DNA from: a virus
Taxonomy: Duplodnaviria; Heunggongvirae; Uroviricota; Caudoviricetes
DNA length: 64,000 nt
Virus record (IMG/VR): IMGVR_UViG_3300009614_000107
Direction: 5' to 3' (one strand)
The notes under the pieces are model-generated. The model worked only from the letters and a program-made list of their open reading frames with translations. It was not told the DNA's origin and searched no databases. Numbering within the stretch: the stretch's first letter is position 1; each line of letters opens with the position of its first letter. This document shows positions 19,249 to 29,203 of the stretch, piece after piece. A program made the position numbers and the translations under genes.

Positions 19249-20409
19249 TCACTCCTCAAACTTGATTAGGAATTCTGGATTCATAATTTTGAAGCTAATC
19301 ATACCAGTCCTATTTGTGCCACCAACAAGAGCAAACTCTGGGTCAATTATGGTTTTTAATGGACGAATGACCATTCCCTCTTCCCACACATCAGAGTTGA
19401 GTGTACTCTTTCTGGTTGCCATATTGACTAGGAAGTCAACATTACCTGAGAGAGTGAACTTCTTGGAAATAACAGGAACCATAGGTATGCCCATTATTGT
19501 GAGCAGTTCCTTCATTTCCTCAAAGTCTAGGAATCTCTCGACATCCATATCATAGATACTATAGACTGAGTATTTCAATCCAATTAACTTGTATTTATTG
19601 CCCTGTATTGGGTGGCCACCAGCACTTCCGTGCATCTCCCCTTGGAGAGCAAGATGACGTTTTAAGGCACGTAATTTTTTTTCGATATCGAGTTGGTTTG
19701 TGGCAACCCAGAAGAGGTTTCTATCTGAGAGCTTGAGATCTAGGTTTCGAGAGCAGACACCATACTCTTCATTCTTATTGAGATAGGAAGTACAGGGTTG
19801 ACCATCAATCTTCTCAGTTGCATAACATAGAGTACCTTTGTATTTCTCCAAGATTTCTGGACAAGCCTGAACACGAACTTCATCTGTCTTGGGAATATAA
19901 TCTGGGAAGGTTCCTTTTGCATCAATTGAGATACTTTCTATGATCTCATATTTGGTAACACCAAGGATTTCTGTGAGATCGGTTCCCTCATCTATAATGT
20001 GATTATTATAAAAATCCTCAAGTTCCTTGAGTGTTGGGATTTTTGACCAGTCATTCTTTACTAATTTTGGCTTGAAGTATGTGCTAAGAGGAAGTAATAG
20101 ACCTTGGGAAATTTGACCACGAAGCCTAATTGTCCTTATCCTAAGTCCTTCTACACCTGTGTCAGGATGCTTCTTGAAGGAGTACTTGCGAAGGAACTCG
20201 ACCTCTGGAGTCATTGGAATAAAGCTATCTATCTCAAAATAAATAGCAAGATCACCAACTTGGAACTCATTTTTTTGGACTACAACCTTCCATCCAAGAA
20301 CGTGCGCTATCTCCAAGTTATCAGAATTCTGACAGGGTTCGATAGCAACAATCTTCTGGACAGAAGCAAGTTTCCTAGTTGTATCGTTTATTGTTGGGAC
20401 TAGTCTCAT
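19249..20409 (-). CDS. ATP-dependent RNA ligase, DRB0094 (Rnl5) family
   Basis: N-terminal RKLASVQKI...LGWKVVV...GDLAIYFEIDSFIP; motifs TEKIDG, QGE, YD, EGMV, SFKI. Confidence 0.88.
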   Translation of the reverse strand: MRLVPTINDTTRKLASVQKIVAIEPCQNSDNLEIAHVLGWKVVVQKNEFQVGDLAIYFEIDSFIPMTPEVEFLRKYSFKKHPDTGVEGLRIRTIRLRGQISQGLLLPLSTYFKPKLVKNDWSKIPTLKELEDFYNNHIIDEGTDLTEILGVTKYEIIESISIDAKGTFPDYIPKTDEVRVQACPEILEKYKGTLCYATEKIDGQPCTSYLNKNEEYGVCSRNLDLKLSDRNLFWVATNQLDIEKKLRALKRHLALQGEMHGSAGGHPIQGNKYKLIGLKYSVYSIYDMDVERFLDFEEMKELLTIMGIPMVPVISKKFTLSGNVDFLVNMATRKSTLNSDVWEEGMVIRPLKTIIDPEFALVGGTNRTGMISFKIMNPEFLIKFEE

Positions 20410-20455
20410 ATCACATCTGTGTAATATGATTTGTTTTTATTTATAAATATTATGA

Positions 20456-21376
20456 TTAGGGGGTTTCTTGCTCTTGCTCAGGTTCTAGGTACTCACCACG
20501 CCTTGCATTTGCTATTAGGCTTAGGACGAGCGCAATGATACCACAAGCAACTGCCACCCAAACATAGAACATATCTGCATCCTTGCCAGATGCCCCAGTT
20601 GCTCCTATTGCACCAGTCGCTCCTGTTGCGCCTGTATCTCCTTTAGGACCAAGGGGTCCTATTGCACCTGTGTTTCCCTGTGGTCCTTGTGGGCCTTGGG
20701 GTCCCATTCCACCCGTAGCACCTGTAGCACCGTTTGTTCCAGCAGTTCCCTGTGTACCCTTGAGGTTTGCAATGAGTGTCCATCCTGCTGTTACCTTAGT
20801 ATAGACATCACCAGTCGATTTGTTGAGGAAGTAATCACCAATTGCACCTGTGGCATTGGTTGGGACAACTGTTCCAGATGTCCACTTAGTGCCTGGAGCA
20901 CCTTTTACATATGCAAAGAAGTCTGGAGGAAGATTTAGCCACCAGTCTGATGGAAGTGCTGTAGCATCTGTAATTGTAAAGGTAGCGGTTTTGGTTGATT
21001 GTGTGCCATCATTTACATCCTCTAATATGACCTTAATCGTGTGATCTCCAGGTGTCTGATACTTGGTCATTGAACTAGGAACAACAAATGAATAATCTAA
21101 TGAACGAATATATCCACTCGTTGTATTGCCTAGAAAAATGGAGTTTGTAATCAAATCATCATCATAGAAGATATAATAATGAAGATTTTGTGTTAAAGAT
21201 ACCTTGGGTGTAACACGAATCATCAAAAATATTGATGATGTTGATGTGCCTGAAGTGGGTGTGACATTAATCGTCCAGTTTGTTGGGACGGTTGCGAATG
21301 CTCCCATCATTGGAAGGGAGAGCATAACGATCAATAAGCCAATCACGGCTATGTTCTTTCTCAAGTCTTTCACCAT
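20456..21376 (-). CDS. membrane-anchored collagen-like surface protein
   Basis: Signal peptide, 20 uninterrupted G-X-Y triplets (20579..20758), C-terminal TM followed by RR. Confidence 0.8.
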   Translation of the reverse strand: MVKDLRKNIAVIGLLIVMLSLPMMGAFATVPTNWTINVTPTSGTSTSSIFLMIRVTPKVSLTQNLHYYIFYDDDLITNSIFLGNTTSGYIRSLDYSFVVPSSMTKYQTPGDHTIKVILEDVNDGTQSTKTATFTITDATALPSDWWLNLPPDFFAYVKGAPGTKWTSGTVVPTNATGAIGDYFLNKSTGDVYTKVTAGWTLIANLKGTQGTAGTNGATGATGGMGPQGPQGPQGNTGAIGPLGPKGDTGATGATGAIGATGASGKDADMFYVWVAVACGIIALVLSLIANARRGEYLEPEQEQETP

Positions 21377-21421
21377 ATGACTGTTAGATAATACGATATA
21401 TTGTATTTATAAATATTGTGG

Positions 21422-21961
21422 TCACTGAACCATCGTGACCCTAATGCCACGTTCCTTGATAATTTCCTTGAACAGCTTATAAATATCTGCCTGGTACTGT
21501 TCATCATTTGGACGTTTGGGGTCATCGTAGAGTGCCTTGATTTCACAGAAATAGATTTCATTGTATGTGAGCATTTTGTCTAAGTATCCTGAGATCAGTG
21601 AATCAATTGTGTGAAGTTCAGCGTCTGTCACAACTCCTTTGCGGTTCATATATGTCATATAAACAAGGGAGTCCCAGATTGAACGGTCACAGAGTTCAAA
21701 GACATATGGTGGATGCTTTTCTTTTGCTATTATGGCAAGCACCTTCTCAGTGTATTCCTCATCACGAATCTGCTCGTGAACCATCCACTCCTGAGCTTTG
21801 AATGATTGAAGAGGGTGTGGACACATTCTAGCCTTCTCGATAACCACCCTGTTTGGAATACGTGAATCACTTAACATTCGTGAAACACGGTTGACAGTTG
21901 TTGTCTTTCCTGAACCCTGAGCTCCAATCCAAGCCAGTTTGATAAGTTCGGTTTCTGACAT
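21422..21961 (-). CDS. P-loop nucleotide/nucleoside kinase-like protein (AAA_28/NadR-like)
   Basis: GAQGSGKTT Walker A, CDRSIWD, DD.KR lid. Confidence 0.75.
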   Translation of the reverse strand: MSETELIKLAWIGAQGSGKTTTVNRVSRMLSDSRIPNRVVIEKARMCPHPLQSFKAQEWMVHEQIRDEEYTEKVLAIIAKEKHPPYVFELCDRSIWDSLVYMTYMNRKGVVTDAELHTIDSLISGYLDKMLTYNEIYFCEIKALYDDPKRPNDEQYQADIYKLFKEIIKERGIRVTMVQ

Positions 21962-22446
21962 TATCCATCTATCTCCTCTATTATTACAGTATCTGCTCCA
22001 CTATCATAGTCTGTGACTTTAAATGTCTTTCCCCCATAGTGGAATGGGGTATAATAGTGAACATAGAGTGGAAATGCGTACACATATGCTCCAATACCAG
22101 TTGTACAAGCAAATGTGAATGTAGGTGTTGCCATACCGTTCCATTCAGAGGATCCTGTAAATGTTAATGTTATTGAACCAGAAACTACAAACGCATCTCC
22201 ATTTCTAAGATTACGTATAACAGGTTCATTTGACACAGTTGTTGTGGCATTAACCTGTGGTGAATGATAAAAAGTAAGAGTAATTATTCCTGCAAATACT
22301 GCAATAAGTGAAAGTGCAAGAATTACGTTGTATGTTCTACTTGGCATTCTTACCACTTTCCAATTGCTCCACCACCGCCTGAGTGTCCACCACCGAATCC
22401 CCCACCACCGCCTGAGTGACCGCCTGAACTGGAACCACCTGACCAA
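21961..22446 (-). CDS. single-TM exported protein (true start probably downstream of the ORF-track start)
   Basis: TM followed by a beta-rich domain; first about 30 codons overlap the Gly-rich tail of the TPM gene. Confidence 0.5.
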   Translation of the reverse strand: MVRWFQFRRSLRRWWGIRWWTLRRWWSNWKVVRMPSRTYNVILALSLIAVFAGIITLTFYHSPQVNATTTVSNEPVIRNLRNGDAFVVSGSITLTFTGSSEWNGMATPTFTFACTTGIGAYVYAFPLYVHYYTPFHYGGKTFKVTDYDSGADTVIIEEIDG

Positions 22447-23129
22447 GAACTTCCACTATCACCATCACTATCTCCTGATGTAATTATCACGAGTACTATG
22501 ATAACAGCGATAACATGTATGGCAATCCAGAACCAAGGAATATCATTTGTTGTTGATGTGTCTGTTCCTGTTGTAATTAATGTAGTTCCTGAGTTGTCGG
22601 TACTATCTGTAGTTGTTGAAACAGTAACTGTCTTGTATCCAAGTTTCGCTGCAACAGCTACCATACCATCGTAGAGTCCTTCACCAAACTTTCCTTGCTG
22701 GAAGAGAGGTGTCATAACATCTCTGCCGATTCTACCACACTCAGCATCTGTAAGGTTGCCCTCAACCCCATATCCTGTCTCAAATGCCCAGTCGTGTGTA
22801 TCCATAACAATTAGAATCAGGACACCGTTGTTTTTCTCAGCCTTGCCAATTCCCTTGACACCATCAAGTGGAACACTGTTAAAGTAATCTACTTTGGCTT
22901 GGTCAACTGTAGTACCATTAAGGCTTTTAAGAGTCACTATCACTATTTCGGCTGTAGTTGCATTGTCAACACTATGACCGAAATCATTGATCTTTGCCTT
23001 CCAGGTGGCATCTACAACACCAGCATTGTCATAAATATAATTTGGACGATATGCAAATGCCGATGCCATTGGAAGCATAAGAAGAACCAATAAAAGAATA
23101 CATAACTTTGTTTTCATTTTAATCACCAT
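22350..23129 (-). CDS. TPM domain (DUF477) membrane protein with Gly-rich tail
   Basis: YIYDNAGVV, EIVIVT..SL, GIG..EKNNGVLILI, GYGVEG.LTD, GGGFGGGHSGGGGA.G.W. Confidence 0.9.
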   Translation of the reverse strand: MVIKMKTKLCILLLVLLMLPMASAFAYRPNYIYDNAGVVDATWKAKINDFGHSVDNATTAEIVIVTLKSLNGTTVDQAKVDYFNSVPLDGVKGIGKAEKNNGVLILIVMDTHDWAFETGYGVEGNLTDAECGRIGRDVMTPLFQQGKFGEGLYDGMVAVAAKLGYKTVTVSTTTDSTDNSGTTLITTGTDTSTTNDIPWFWIAIHVIAVIIVLVIITSGDSDGDSGSSWSGGSSSGGHSGGGGGFGGGHSGGGGAIGKW

Positions 23130-23311
23130 TAATCATCATCAATAAATAGCGTAAACGTAATAACAGCAATTGTTATTCCACCCCAAAATAGCTTTGTAAC
23201 CATATCAAAGCCATTTGCCCAAGCAGCAGAATATGTTACAGCAATTCCAATAGAAATTCCTATTCTAATTGGATTTCTCCAAACTGTTCTATAGTTTGTC
23301 ATATTGATCAT
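23129..23311 (-). CDS. small 2-TM protein
   Basis: 60 aa, between lemA and the TPM gene with overlapping stop/start codons. Confidence 0.5.
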   Translation of the reverse strand: MINMTNYRTVWRNPIRIGISIGIAVTYSAAWANGFDMVTKLFWGGITIAVITFTLFIDDD

Positions 23312-23910
23312 CCTATCGGGACAGTCGGATTGGTATCTGCACCAGTGTTAGCAGTATAGTTGGGATATGGTGTGAAACCATTCATACCAGCCACAATATT
23401 GTTAGGGAACATTCTGATATTTGTATTGTATGCCTGAATATCCAATATGTAGCGACCACGAGCGACAGCAACACGGTTCTGAGTGCCAGCAAGTTCATCC
23501 ATAAGCCCCATTACAAGAGTGTCTGCTTTTAGTTGAGGATATGCCTCTGGATTAGCAATCACAAGCAAACGATTAGCAAGTGAATCTATTTCACCCTGAG
23601 TAGCCATTTGCTGATTCTTATCACCCGATGCTAAAGCAGCACCCCATTGTGAACGCAAAGCGGTAACTTCTGTAAGAACCGACTTCTCATAGTTGATATA
23701 CATCTTAGTTGAATTTACGAGCTGGGGGATTAAATCAAACCTACGCTGGTATTGATTTTGAACCTCAGACCAACTAGCATCAACAGCAACACGCTGTTGA
23801 ACAAGTGAGTTGTATGTACCAAAGTACCAAAGAGCACCCATTAATGCAATAAATATAATTACTGCAAACACTGCCAAAACTGCCACAACAGCAGCAATTC
23901 CTTTTCTCAT
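23308..23910 (-). CDS. lemA: LemA family protein
   Basis: YNSLV...WSEVQNQYQRRFDLIPQLV...EAYPQLKAD...L..TQNRVAVAR..Y...YN..IR.FP. Confidence 0.93.
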   Translation of the reverse strand: MRKGIAAVVAVLAVFAVIIFIALMGALWYFGTYNSLVQQRVAVDASWSEVQNQYQRRFDLIPQLVNSTKMYINYEKSVLTEVTALRSQWGAALASGDKNQQMATQGEIDSLANRLLVIANPEAYPQLKADTLVMGLMDELAGTQNRVAVARGRYILDIQAYNTNIRMFPNNIVAGMNGFTPYPNYTANTGADTNPTVPIG

Positions 23911-23949
23911 ACGTACCGTATGAGTTGACTGCGTTTAGATTTATAAATA

Positions 23950-24270
23950 TTATGATAATTTGATTTTTTCTGGTTCTAATTGCCCTTTTGGTTTACCATC
24001 AGAAAATGGACAAAATGGACAGTTCAAAGTTTGTGCATAACTAGTCGGATAGGTTACAACATAGCCATGATCCTTACATTTGATTGCGTAAAAATCAATC
24101 AGACCTCTGCCATACAAGTCTATTGAAAATATTTTCACATAGCCTTTTAGAGACAGTATTGCTTTCTGGGTAAAACTGAGTTTATATCCATTCTTGTAGT
24201 ACTCGTCCTTAAAAGACAAACAAACCACAATAAGAATAAGTAGCAATCGAGTATAAGAGGTTTTATTCAA
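23950..24270 (-). CDS. Zn-binding hypothetical protein
   Basis: C..HG...CPFC. Confidence 0.5.
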   Translation of the reverse strand: MNKTSYTRLLLILIVVCLSFKDEYYKNGYKLSFTQKAILSLKGYVKIFSIDLYGRGLIDFYAIKCKDHGYVVTYPTSYAQTLNCPFCPFSDGKPKGQLEPEKIKLS

Positions 24271-24538
24271 GATCTGGATAATCTACTGGTTTTCTCTCAA
24301 GATTAAAGTTATCTTTGAGGCTTTGTTCACCATACACATTTATGGCATATTTTCTAACCCAGCGATTGTCAGATTCTCTCTGAACCCAAAACCCACGAAC
24401 TACTCCCAAGGTTTCAAGTTCACCAACATATTTGGCTACATCTTTTTTTGGGAGTTTTAGATTTTGTGTTAAATCAGTCAGTGTGTACCCATCTGGGAAA
24501 CTGCTGATCTCAAGAAGAACCCTGTGTTCAGCCTTCAT
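24263..24538 (-). CDS. winged-helix DNA-binding protein
   Basis: TLTDLTQNLKLPKKDVAKYVGELETLGVV...RKYAI. Confidence 0.7.
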   Translation of the reverse strand: MKAEHRVLLEISSFPDGYTLTDLTQNLKLPKKDVAKYVGELETLGVVRGFWVQRESDNRWVRKYAINVYGEQSLKDNFNLERKPVDYPDLE

Positions 24539-24689
24539 CCTTCTTTACCTCTTCTACTATACAGTTATCGGATAAACATATTGGACACTGTAATTTAAAC
24601 TTAAATGTGGGTGGGTCATCTGCAAAATAAACAGATTCATATAAATCCCCTCTATGACCACAATTTTTACAGACTACTTCTCTTGGCAT
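24528..24689 (-). CDS. Zn-ribbon protein (53 aa; not in ORF track)
   Basis: Hand translation MPREVVCKNCG...QCPICLS. Confidence 0.6.
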   Translation of the reverse strand: MPREVVCKNCGHRGDLYESVYFADDPPTFKFKLQCPICLSDNCIVEEVKKDEG

Positions 24690-24691
24690 AT

Positions 24692-25024
24692 TTAGGCTCT
24701 CCTAACAAACGGATAACTACAATATGGACAACTCATAGGATGAGTGTGCATATTAAAACATCCTTCAGTTACTTCCTGTGAGAAATCTCCACCACAGTTT
24801 GGGCATCTGACTTCTCTAGTGTACTTAAATGTCGTTCCTCTGGACTTTGATCCACTTTGATTAAGAAGTTTGAACCCAGGCTCACCTGTATATGGATTTG
24901 TTAATGCCCATTCGTCCCATTCTTTTAATTCTTTAATGAATAGTTCTTCATTAAATTTCTCATAGCAGGAATCCCAGTACTTCTGATCGAACTTCTGTGG
25001 CCGTCTAGGTCGAGTTGATTTCAC
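24692..25024 (-). CDS. Zn-ribbon protein
   Basis: CPNCG...CPYCS. Confidence 0.55.
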   Translation of the reverse strand: MKSTRPRRPQKFDQKYWDSCYEKFNEELFIKELKEWDEWALTNPYTGEPGFKLLNQSGSKSRGTTFKYTREVRCPNCGGDFSQEVTEGCFNMHTHPMSCPYCSYPFVRRA

Positions 25025-25163
25025 GGAAATTTCCCCCTTTCTTCATCCTTGAGTGCTATACGAACTACTACTGTTGGCAATGGACAGATATAGATTACCC
25101 TCTTCTGTTGATTATAAAAAACTCCCATCCAGAGATCAAACCAAGCAAAATGGAAAGAGACAT

Positions 25164-25565
25164 TCATTTAGAATCGCTTCCTACTGGGATTCTATGGAGA
25201 TTGAGATAATAAATGGTGTAAATGAAATTTGGCATATCTTTTGAATCGTATGGTAGTTTTGTGTTTTTAAAGTAAAGTTCAAGACCGAAAAAGGCAGTTG
25301 CTATGTTTCCAAGCACCTTTGCATTGTTTACATCTTCACCTTTTTTCATCAAAACTATGCCATAATTCAGGAGAAATGGGACAATCTCGCTGTTTAGCCT
25401 GTTTGCCATTTTTAGTTGTTGCCATTTGTTTGGTGGATGTTCACGTAAAGTAAAAATGGCTTTTTCAAATTCTAACGAATGTGTATAATTTCCATCAACT
25501 ATTCTAACTAAACCGAGAGAAATCATCTTCTTTAGAAGATCTTCTGAAGGTGGAACTAGGCTCAT
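25164..25565 (-). CDS. hypothetical protein
   Basis: 133 aa ORF just after a TATA motif. Confidence 0.55.
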   Translation of the reverse strand: MSLVPPSEDLLKKMISLGLVRIVDGNYTHSLEFEKAIFTLREHPPNKWQQLKMANRLNSEIVPFLLNYGIVLMKKGEDVNNAKVLGNIATAFFGLELYFKNTKLPYDSKDMPNFIYTIYYLNLHRIPVGSDSK

Positions 25566-25597
25566 TGGTTAAAACGAGTTATAAGGATTTATAAATA

Positions 25598-25900
25598 TTA
25601 TGAGATTAATAAAATGTCAATTGGATCAGCAAATAGGTTAGAAAATGGAGTGGCATAAATTATCTTGTATGTTTTACCAGTGTCTACACTCACTTGTCCA
25701 CCAAATGTAACTATTGTTGGGTCACTACCAATAGTTGTAAAAGTAACAACGGTACACGGATAAGGAGGAGTAGTATTGTATTGAACCTGAACTACCTTAC
25801 CCTCTATAGTAGTTGGGAAAGTCTGATCCCATTTCACAAGACAAGATAAGGAAATTATCACTATTATAATTATAGCAAATGCCCTGTCAAACGATTCCAA
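25598..25900 (-). CDS. single-TM exported beta-rich protein
   Basis: 100 aa, N-terminal TM, TATA upstream. Confidence 0.5.
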   Translation of the reverse strand: MESFDRAFAIIIIVIISLSCLVKWDQTFPTTIEGKVVQVQYNTTPPYPCTVVTFTTIGSDPTIVTFGGQVSVDTGKTYKIIYATPFSNLFADPIDILLIS

Positions 25901-26202
25901 TATTATTTCACCAAGAGGTAATATATGTATAAGTTTATAAATATTTAGAAATTATAGTTCATATTCTTGGATGTTTTATACCAAAAACAAGTATAAAACG
26001 TACAAAAAATGGAACTAAATTGTAACATAAATTATTGTTGGTGGTTTTGTGTCAAAGTAAACTTTGGCAACATCACAACCATCTGTTCGACATTTGTAAC
26101 CACTATGTGAATTATGTGGGGCAGACAGAAGTCTGCCACATTTTGGGCAATGACGATCCACTGTTTTGAGTAGTCTAGTTGGTGTTGTCAATTTTAATCA
26201 AC

Positions 26203-26601
26203 CTAATCAAAAATACCTGGAAACTGAGCATCTAATAATACACAGACAGTAAAGACTATGAATGATACTATCCCAAGCCAAATATTTGATACAATTGAAA
26301 GAAATACAGAACCGCCAATGATTACAGAAAACTGGAATATGAGGATTTTGTACCAGTCTTTATCGTGCAACCATTCAGCCTTGTCAAACATTTTAACTTA
26401 CTTTCCTAATTTTTTGTTTATCCATTCAATTGTCTTTTCTAATGGAGAGGTTCCAGTAGTTGGCACAATTTTAGAAACATCTGGTATAGTTAATGCTAGT
26501 TCAATTTCGTGTATATTTTCTTCTATGAACCAGCCATTATTTTCCTTTATTTGTTTAACTATGTTTTGTATTACTGCCAATCGTTGTTCTGGAGTTGACA
26601 T
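26203..26601 (-). other. two small ORFs downstream of ro60 (26398..26601; 26203..26391, 2 TM)
   Basis: ORF track; tight spacing suggests co-transcription with ro60. Confidence 0.5.
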
Positions 26602-26604
26602 TTA

Positions 26605-28161
26605 TTAACTCTCTTCCTCTTGAACAATTTCTGGGATGGGGTTGTACTTCTCGATAGCCTCAAGTACCTTGCTCCTGTCCTCTTCGAACCTCTTTATGAA
26701 GTCGAAGATGCGGTCACTGAAGCCACCGATGATGGCAACGTTTGGCTCTGTGTCTGGAATCTGAACTGTGCCGTAGCCAGCTAGGTCGAAGAGATAGAGT
26801 CTTACCTTTGGTTGCATTGTCTTGTACTTTAGGAACCACTTATAGAGGCTGTCCTGACTTCCAAATGCACCATATCTGCCATCGGTATCCCATAGCTGTT
26901 CATCAGTGAAGATCATTACACGATCTGTGAGGAGTCTGTTGTCCACTAGGTACTTGAATACTAGATAACCATTTGTTGCAGAGTCAGTGTCTGACATCAG
27001 TATCTTCTTGGCATCTCCTAGGATTGACTTGCCTGATATGTTGACGGTCATAAACCTAGTTCCGAATGCAGAGGCAACGGCAGCTTCACAGAAGCCATTT
27101 GCCATAGCACCCATCACAGCACCAATTTCACGCCTCTCTATCTTTGATCTTTCAGATACTGGTGACTGCATTGAACCTGAGTTGTCTACAGACACAAGTG
27201 TCCTTCCACCAAGGTTAGGGATATTGCTGACTGAGATTGACATTGCGGTTTCAAGAGCATTGAGTATTTTCTTACTGTCGAATGGATCAATGTTCTCTCC
27301 TGCATCTTCGATCATCTTGTAGGCAGAGAGGAATCTATATGGGAACTGCTTGCTATTAGCAACTGCCTTTGGATTAGTCAGGTGCTTTAGGACAGAATCT
27401 AGATCTGCCTTAGCCTGTGCAATGTTTCTGAGGTTACGTAGTTTGGCCATATAGCCCATCTTAGGAATGACTTCGTTCCAGGCTTCCTTGTTGTTGCCCT
27501 TGGCTGAGATTACGGTTTCCCAAGTCTCAGGGACAGCTAGAGTGCCAGTCCTAATCTTCTTGAAGAGTTCTGACTTCTCTGGAGTGTCTGGTACAGGATG
27601 TGTTAGTCTTAGAACGTCTGAGAGCTTGACGGACTTATCATCCATCTTGTATTTTCCAAAGTCATATTCACCGAAGTTATGGAAGGAATCGGCTATGCCT
27701 AACTTGAACTGATTAGGAAGGCTTGCTTTACCATTGCTACCAATCTCACCGTTCTTGTTGATGAAGCAAGAAAGCATCTCTGAGAGTTCGTCTGCTCTCT
27801 TGATTATGAATGGCATCCACCAACGGACATACTTTTTTGCCTCTGGATTAGTAAGTCCCTCAACTGTGAGGAACATTGGGGCAGAGCGCAAGTACATCTC
27901 ATTGCGGAGATATGAGGCTAGTTTGAATATGAATTCAGGATCCTGCTTTGAAACCTGAGCAATAAGTGCCTTGATATCTTCTGTCTCGGTTGCTTTGTCA
28001 CCGTAGAATTTTGGCTCACCAACGAGCCAAGTTGCAGCACGTAGATAGAGTTCGTTCTTGGCATTTGTCTTGAATGCCACACCACCCTCATAATTTGAGG
28101 TTATGTCTGGGTGGGATTCTACCTTTTTCCCTATCGAAGGGTTTCCGTTGAATTTCGGCAT
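26605..28161 (-). CDS. rsr: Ro60/TROVE domain ribonucleoprotein with vWA domain
   Basis: NYEGGVAF, DPEFIFKLASYLR.EMYLRSAP, RADEL, KY...VKLSDVLRLTHP, TWETVIS, MGYMAKLRNLRN, QFPYRF, vWA VDNSGSM and IFTD; start moved to MPKFNG after an AGGAGA RBS. Confidence 0.92.
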   Translation of the reverse strand: MPKFNGNPSIGKKVESHPDITSNYEGGVAFKTNAKNELYLRAATWLVGEPKFYGDKATETEDIKALIAQVSKQDPEFIFKLASYLRNEMYLRSAPMFLTVEGLTNPEAKKYVRWWMPFIIKRADELSEMLSCFINKNGEIGSNGKASLPNQFKLGIADSFHNFGEYDFGKYKMDDKSVKLSDVLRLTHPVPDTPEKSELFKKIRTGTLAVPETWETVISAKGNNKEAWNEVIPKMGYMAKLRNLRNIAQAKADLDSVLKHLTNPKAVANSKQFPYRFLSAYKMIEDAGENIDPFDSKKILNALETAMSISVSNIPNLGGRTLVSVDNSGSMQSPVSERSKIERREIGAVMGAMANGFCEAAVASAFGTRFMTVNISGKSILGDAKKILMSDTDSATNGYLVFKYLVDNRLLTDRVMIFTDEQLWDTDGRYGAFGSQDSLYKWFLKYKTMQPKVRLYLFDLAGYGTVQIPDTEPNVAIIGGFSDRIFDFIKRFEEDRSKVLEAIEKYNPIPEIVQEEES

Positions 28162-28220
28162 TTTCTTGTTTCTCCTTTCTGGTCTGAAAATGTCAATTCC
28201 AATCAACCCCTTTTGGGATT

Positions 28221-28288
28221 GAAGAGGAATGAGTCGCATCGGGAATTTCGGTTTTGGTGGTGAAGTATCCCGATACTACGCCATCTTC
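28221..28288 (-). ncRNA. Y-RNA-like element Y1 (minimal; in the ro60 leader)
   Basis: GAAGA-TGGCGTA-GTATCGGGA-TACTT...TCCCGATGC-GACTCATTCC-TCTTC; TATA at 28312-28319. Confidence 0.75.
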
Positions 28289-28336
28289 GGTATCTAAAAT
28301 AACAGTGCGCCTTTATAAATATTTGTATTATAAAAT

Positions 28337-28468
28337 TAGGCAAGAATTGTCATATGGGGAACATATACTGTGCAAATCTACACTACATCTGCCTTTCGGC
28401 AGACGCTGGGAGTCCCACCCAGTCTAGTACCTCCAGAGGGAAGTATCCCACATACTACGCTATGCCTA
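28337..28468 (-). ncRNA. Y RNA Y2 (YrlA-like permuted tRNA mimic)
   Basis: Terminal stem TAGGCA/TGCCTA; TAGCGTA; T-like arm CTGGG-TGGGACT-CCCAG; acceptor-like CGTCTGCC-GAAA-GGCAGATG; then TAGTGTAG D-like arm; own TATA at 28489. Confidence 0.85.
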
Positions 28469-28511
28469 TATTACAAATACAATATGTCTTTATAAATATT
28501 TGGAGAAAAGT

Positions 28512-28634
28512 GAGAAGGGATAACCGAGTCGAGAGTGACCTTACCATCGGTCAGTCACACCCTTTCGGGTGCGATTGGATTCGAACCAATATACACATCA
28601 TTGTAGTGAAGTATCTCGACTCCACGCCATTCTC
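28512..28634 (-). ncRNA. Y RNA Y3 (YrlA-like permuted tRNA mimic)
   Basis: GAGTCGAGA/TCTCGACTC stem; T arm ATTGG-TTCGAAT-CCAAT; 7-bp CGCACCC-GAAA-GGGTGTG; D arm TGACC-GATGGTAA-GGTCA; own TATA at 28658. Confidence 0.9.
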
Positions 28635-28668
28635 TGGTTGTAAAAACACAGAACGAATTTATAAATAT

Positions 28669-29144
28669 TTAGACTTTGACGAAACTAGATTTCTTAGATC
28701 CCCTAACGTTTTGTTGTGTTTGTGCTTCTTCTCTCTTGAAATATATTCTAATATTTGAACCATTTATCACAAGACAAGCACCTTCACCGTCTAAGCAAGC
28801 AATTGTTGAGTGTGGAAGAAGCGTAGTAAAAACAGATTCAAAAGTAGCCCTATCTGTTGTTTTTAACGTGGCATTATAAACATCCACGTGTGGAAATTCT
28901 ATTCCATTAACAAGTTCTCCTTGAATGTATGTTGCGTCAATCATATTGTTTATTCCTTCTTATTGACTGGATAGGTTTTGTATCCTACCATTTTGAGCAC
29001 ATCTGGCTCTTGTATGTTAAAAAGTTTCTTTAGGAATTTAGAAACTGACTCTTCAACACCAAGAGTAAAATATAAGGGATAAACAAAAACCTTTATCAAA
29101 AAGGTATAGAAGTTATCCCATTTTTTGCTATATGAGAATGTCAT
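28669..29144 (-). other. two small hypothetical ORFs (28669..28944; 28950..29144)
   Basis: ORF track, TATA at about 29185. Confidence 0.45.
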
Positions 29145-29203
29145 ATTGATACGCCTTTCTGTTAAATTAAATATATGCTTGTATTTATAAATATTATGAG
29201 AAT

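Noticed and set aside
28162-28239. 26-codon N-terminal extension of Ro60 given by the ORF track
   Set aside because: It overlaps Y1 and a hairpin; the AGGAGA RBS sits before the ATG at 28161
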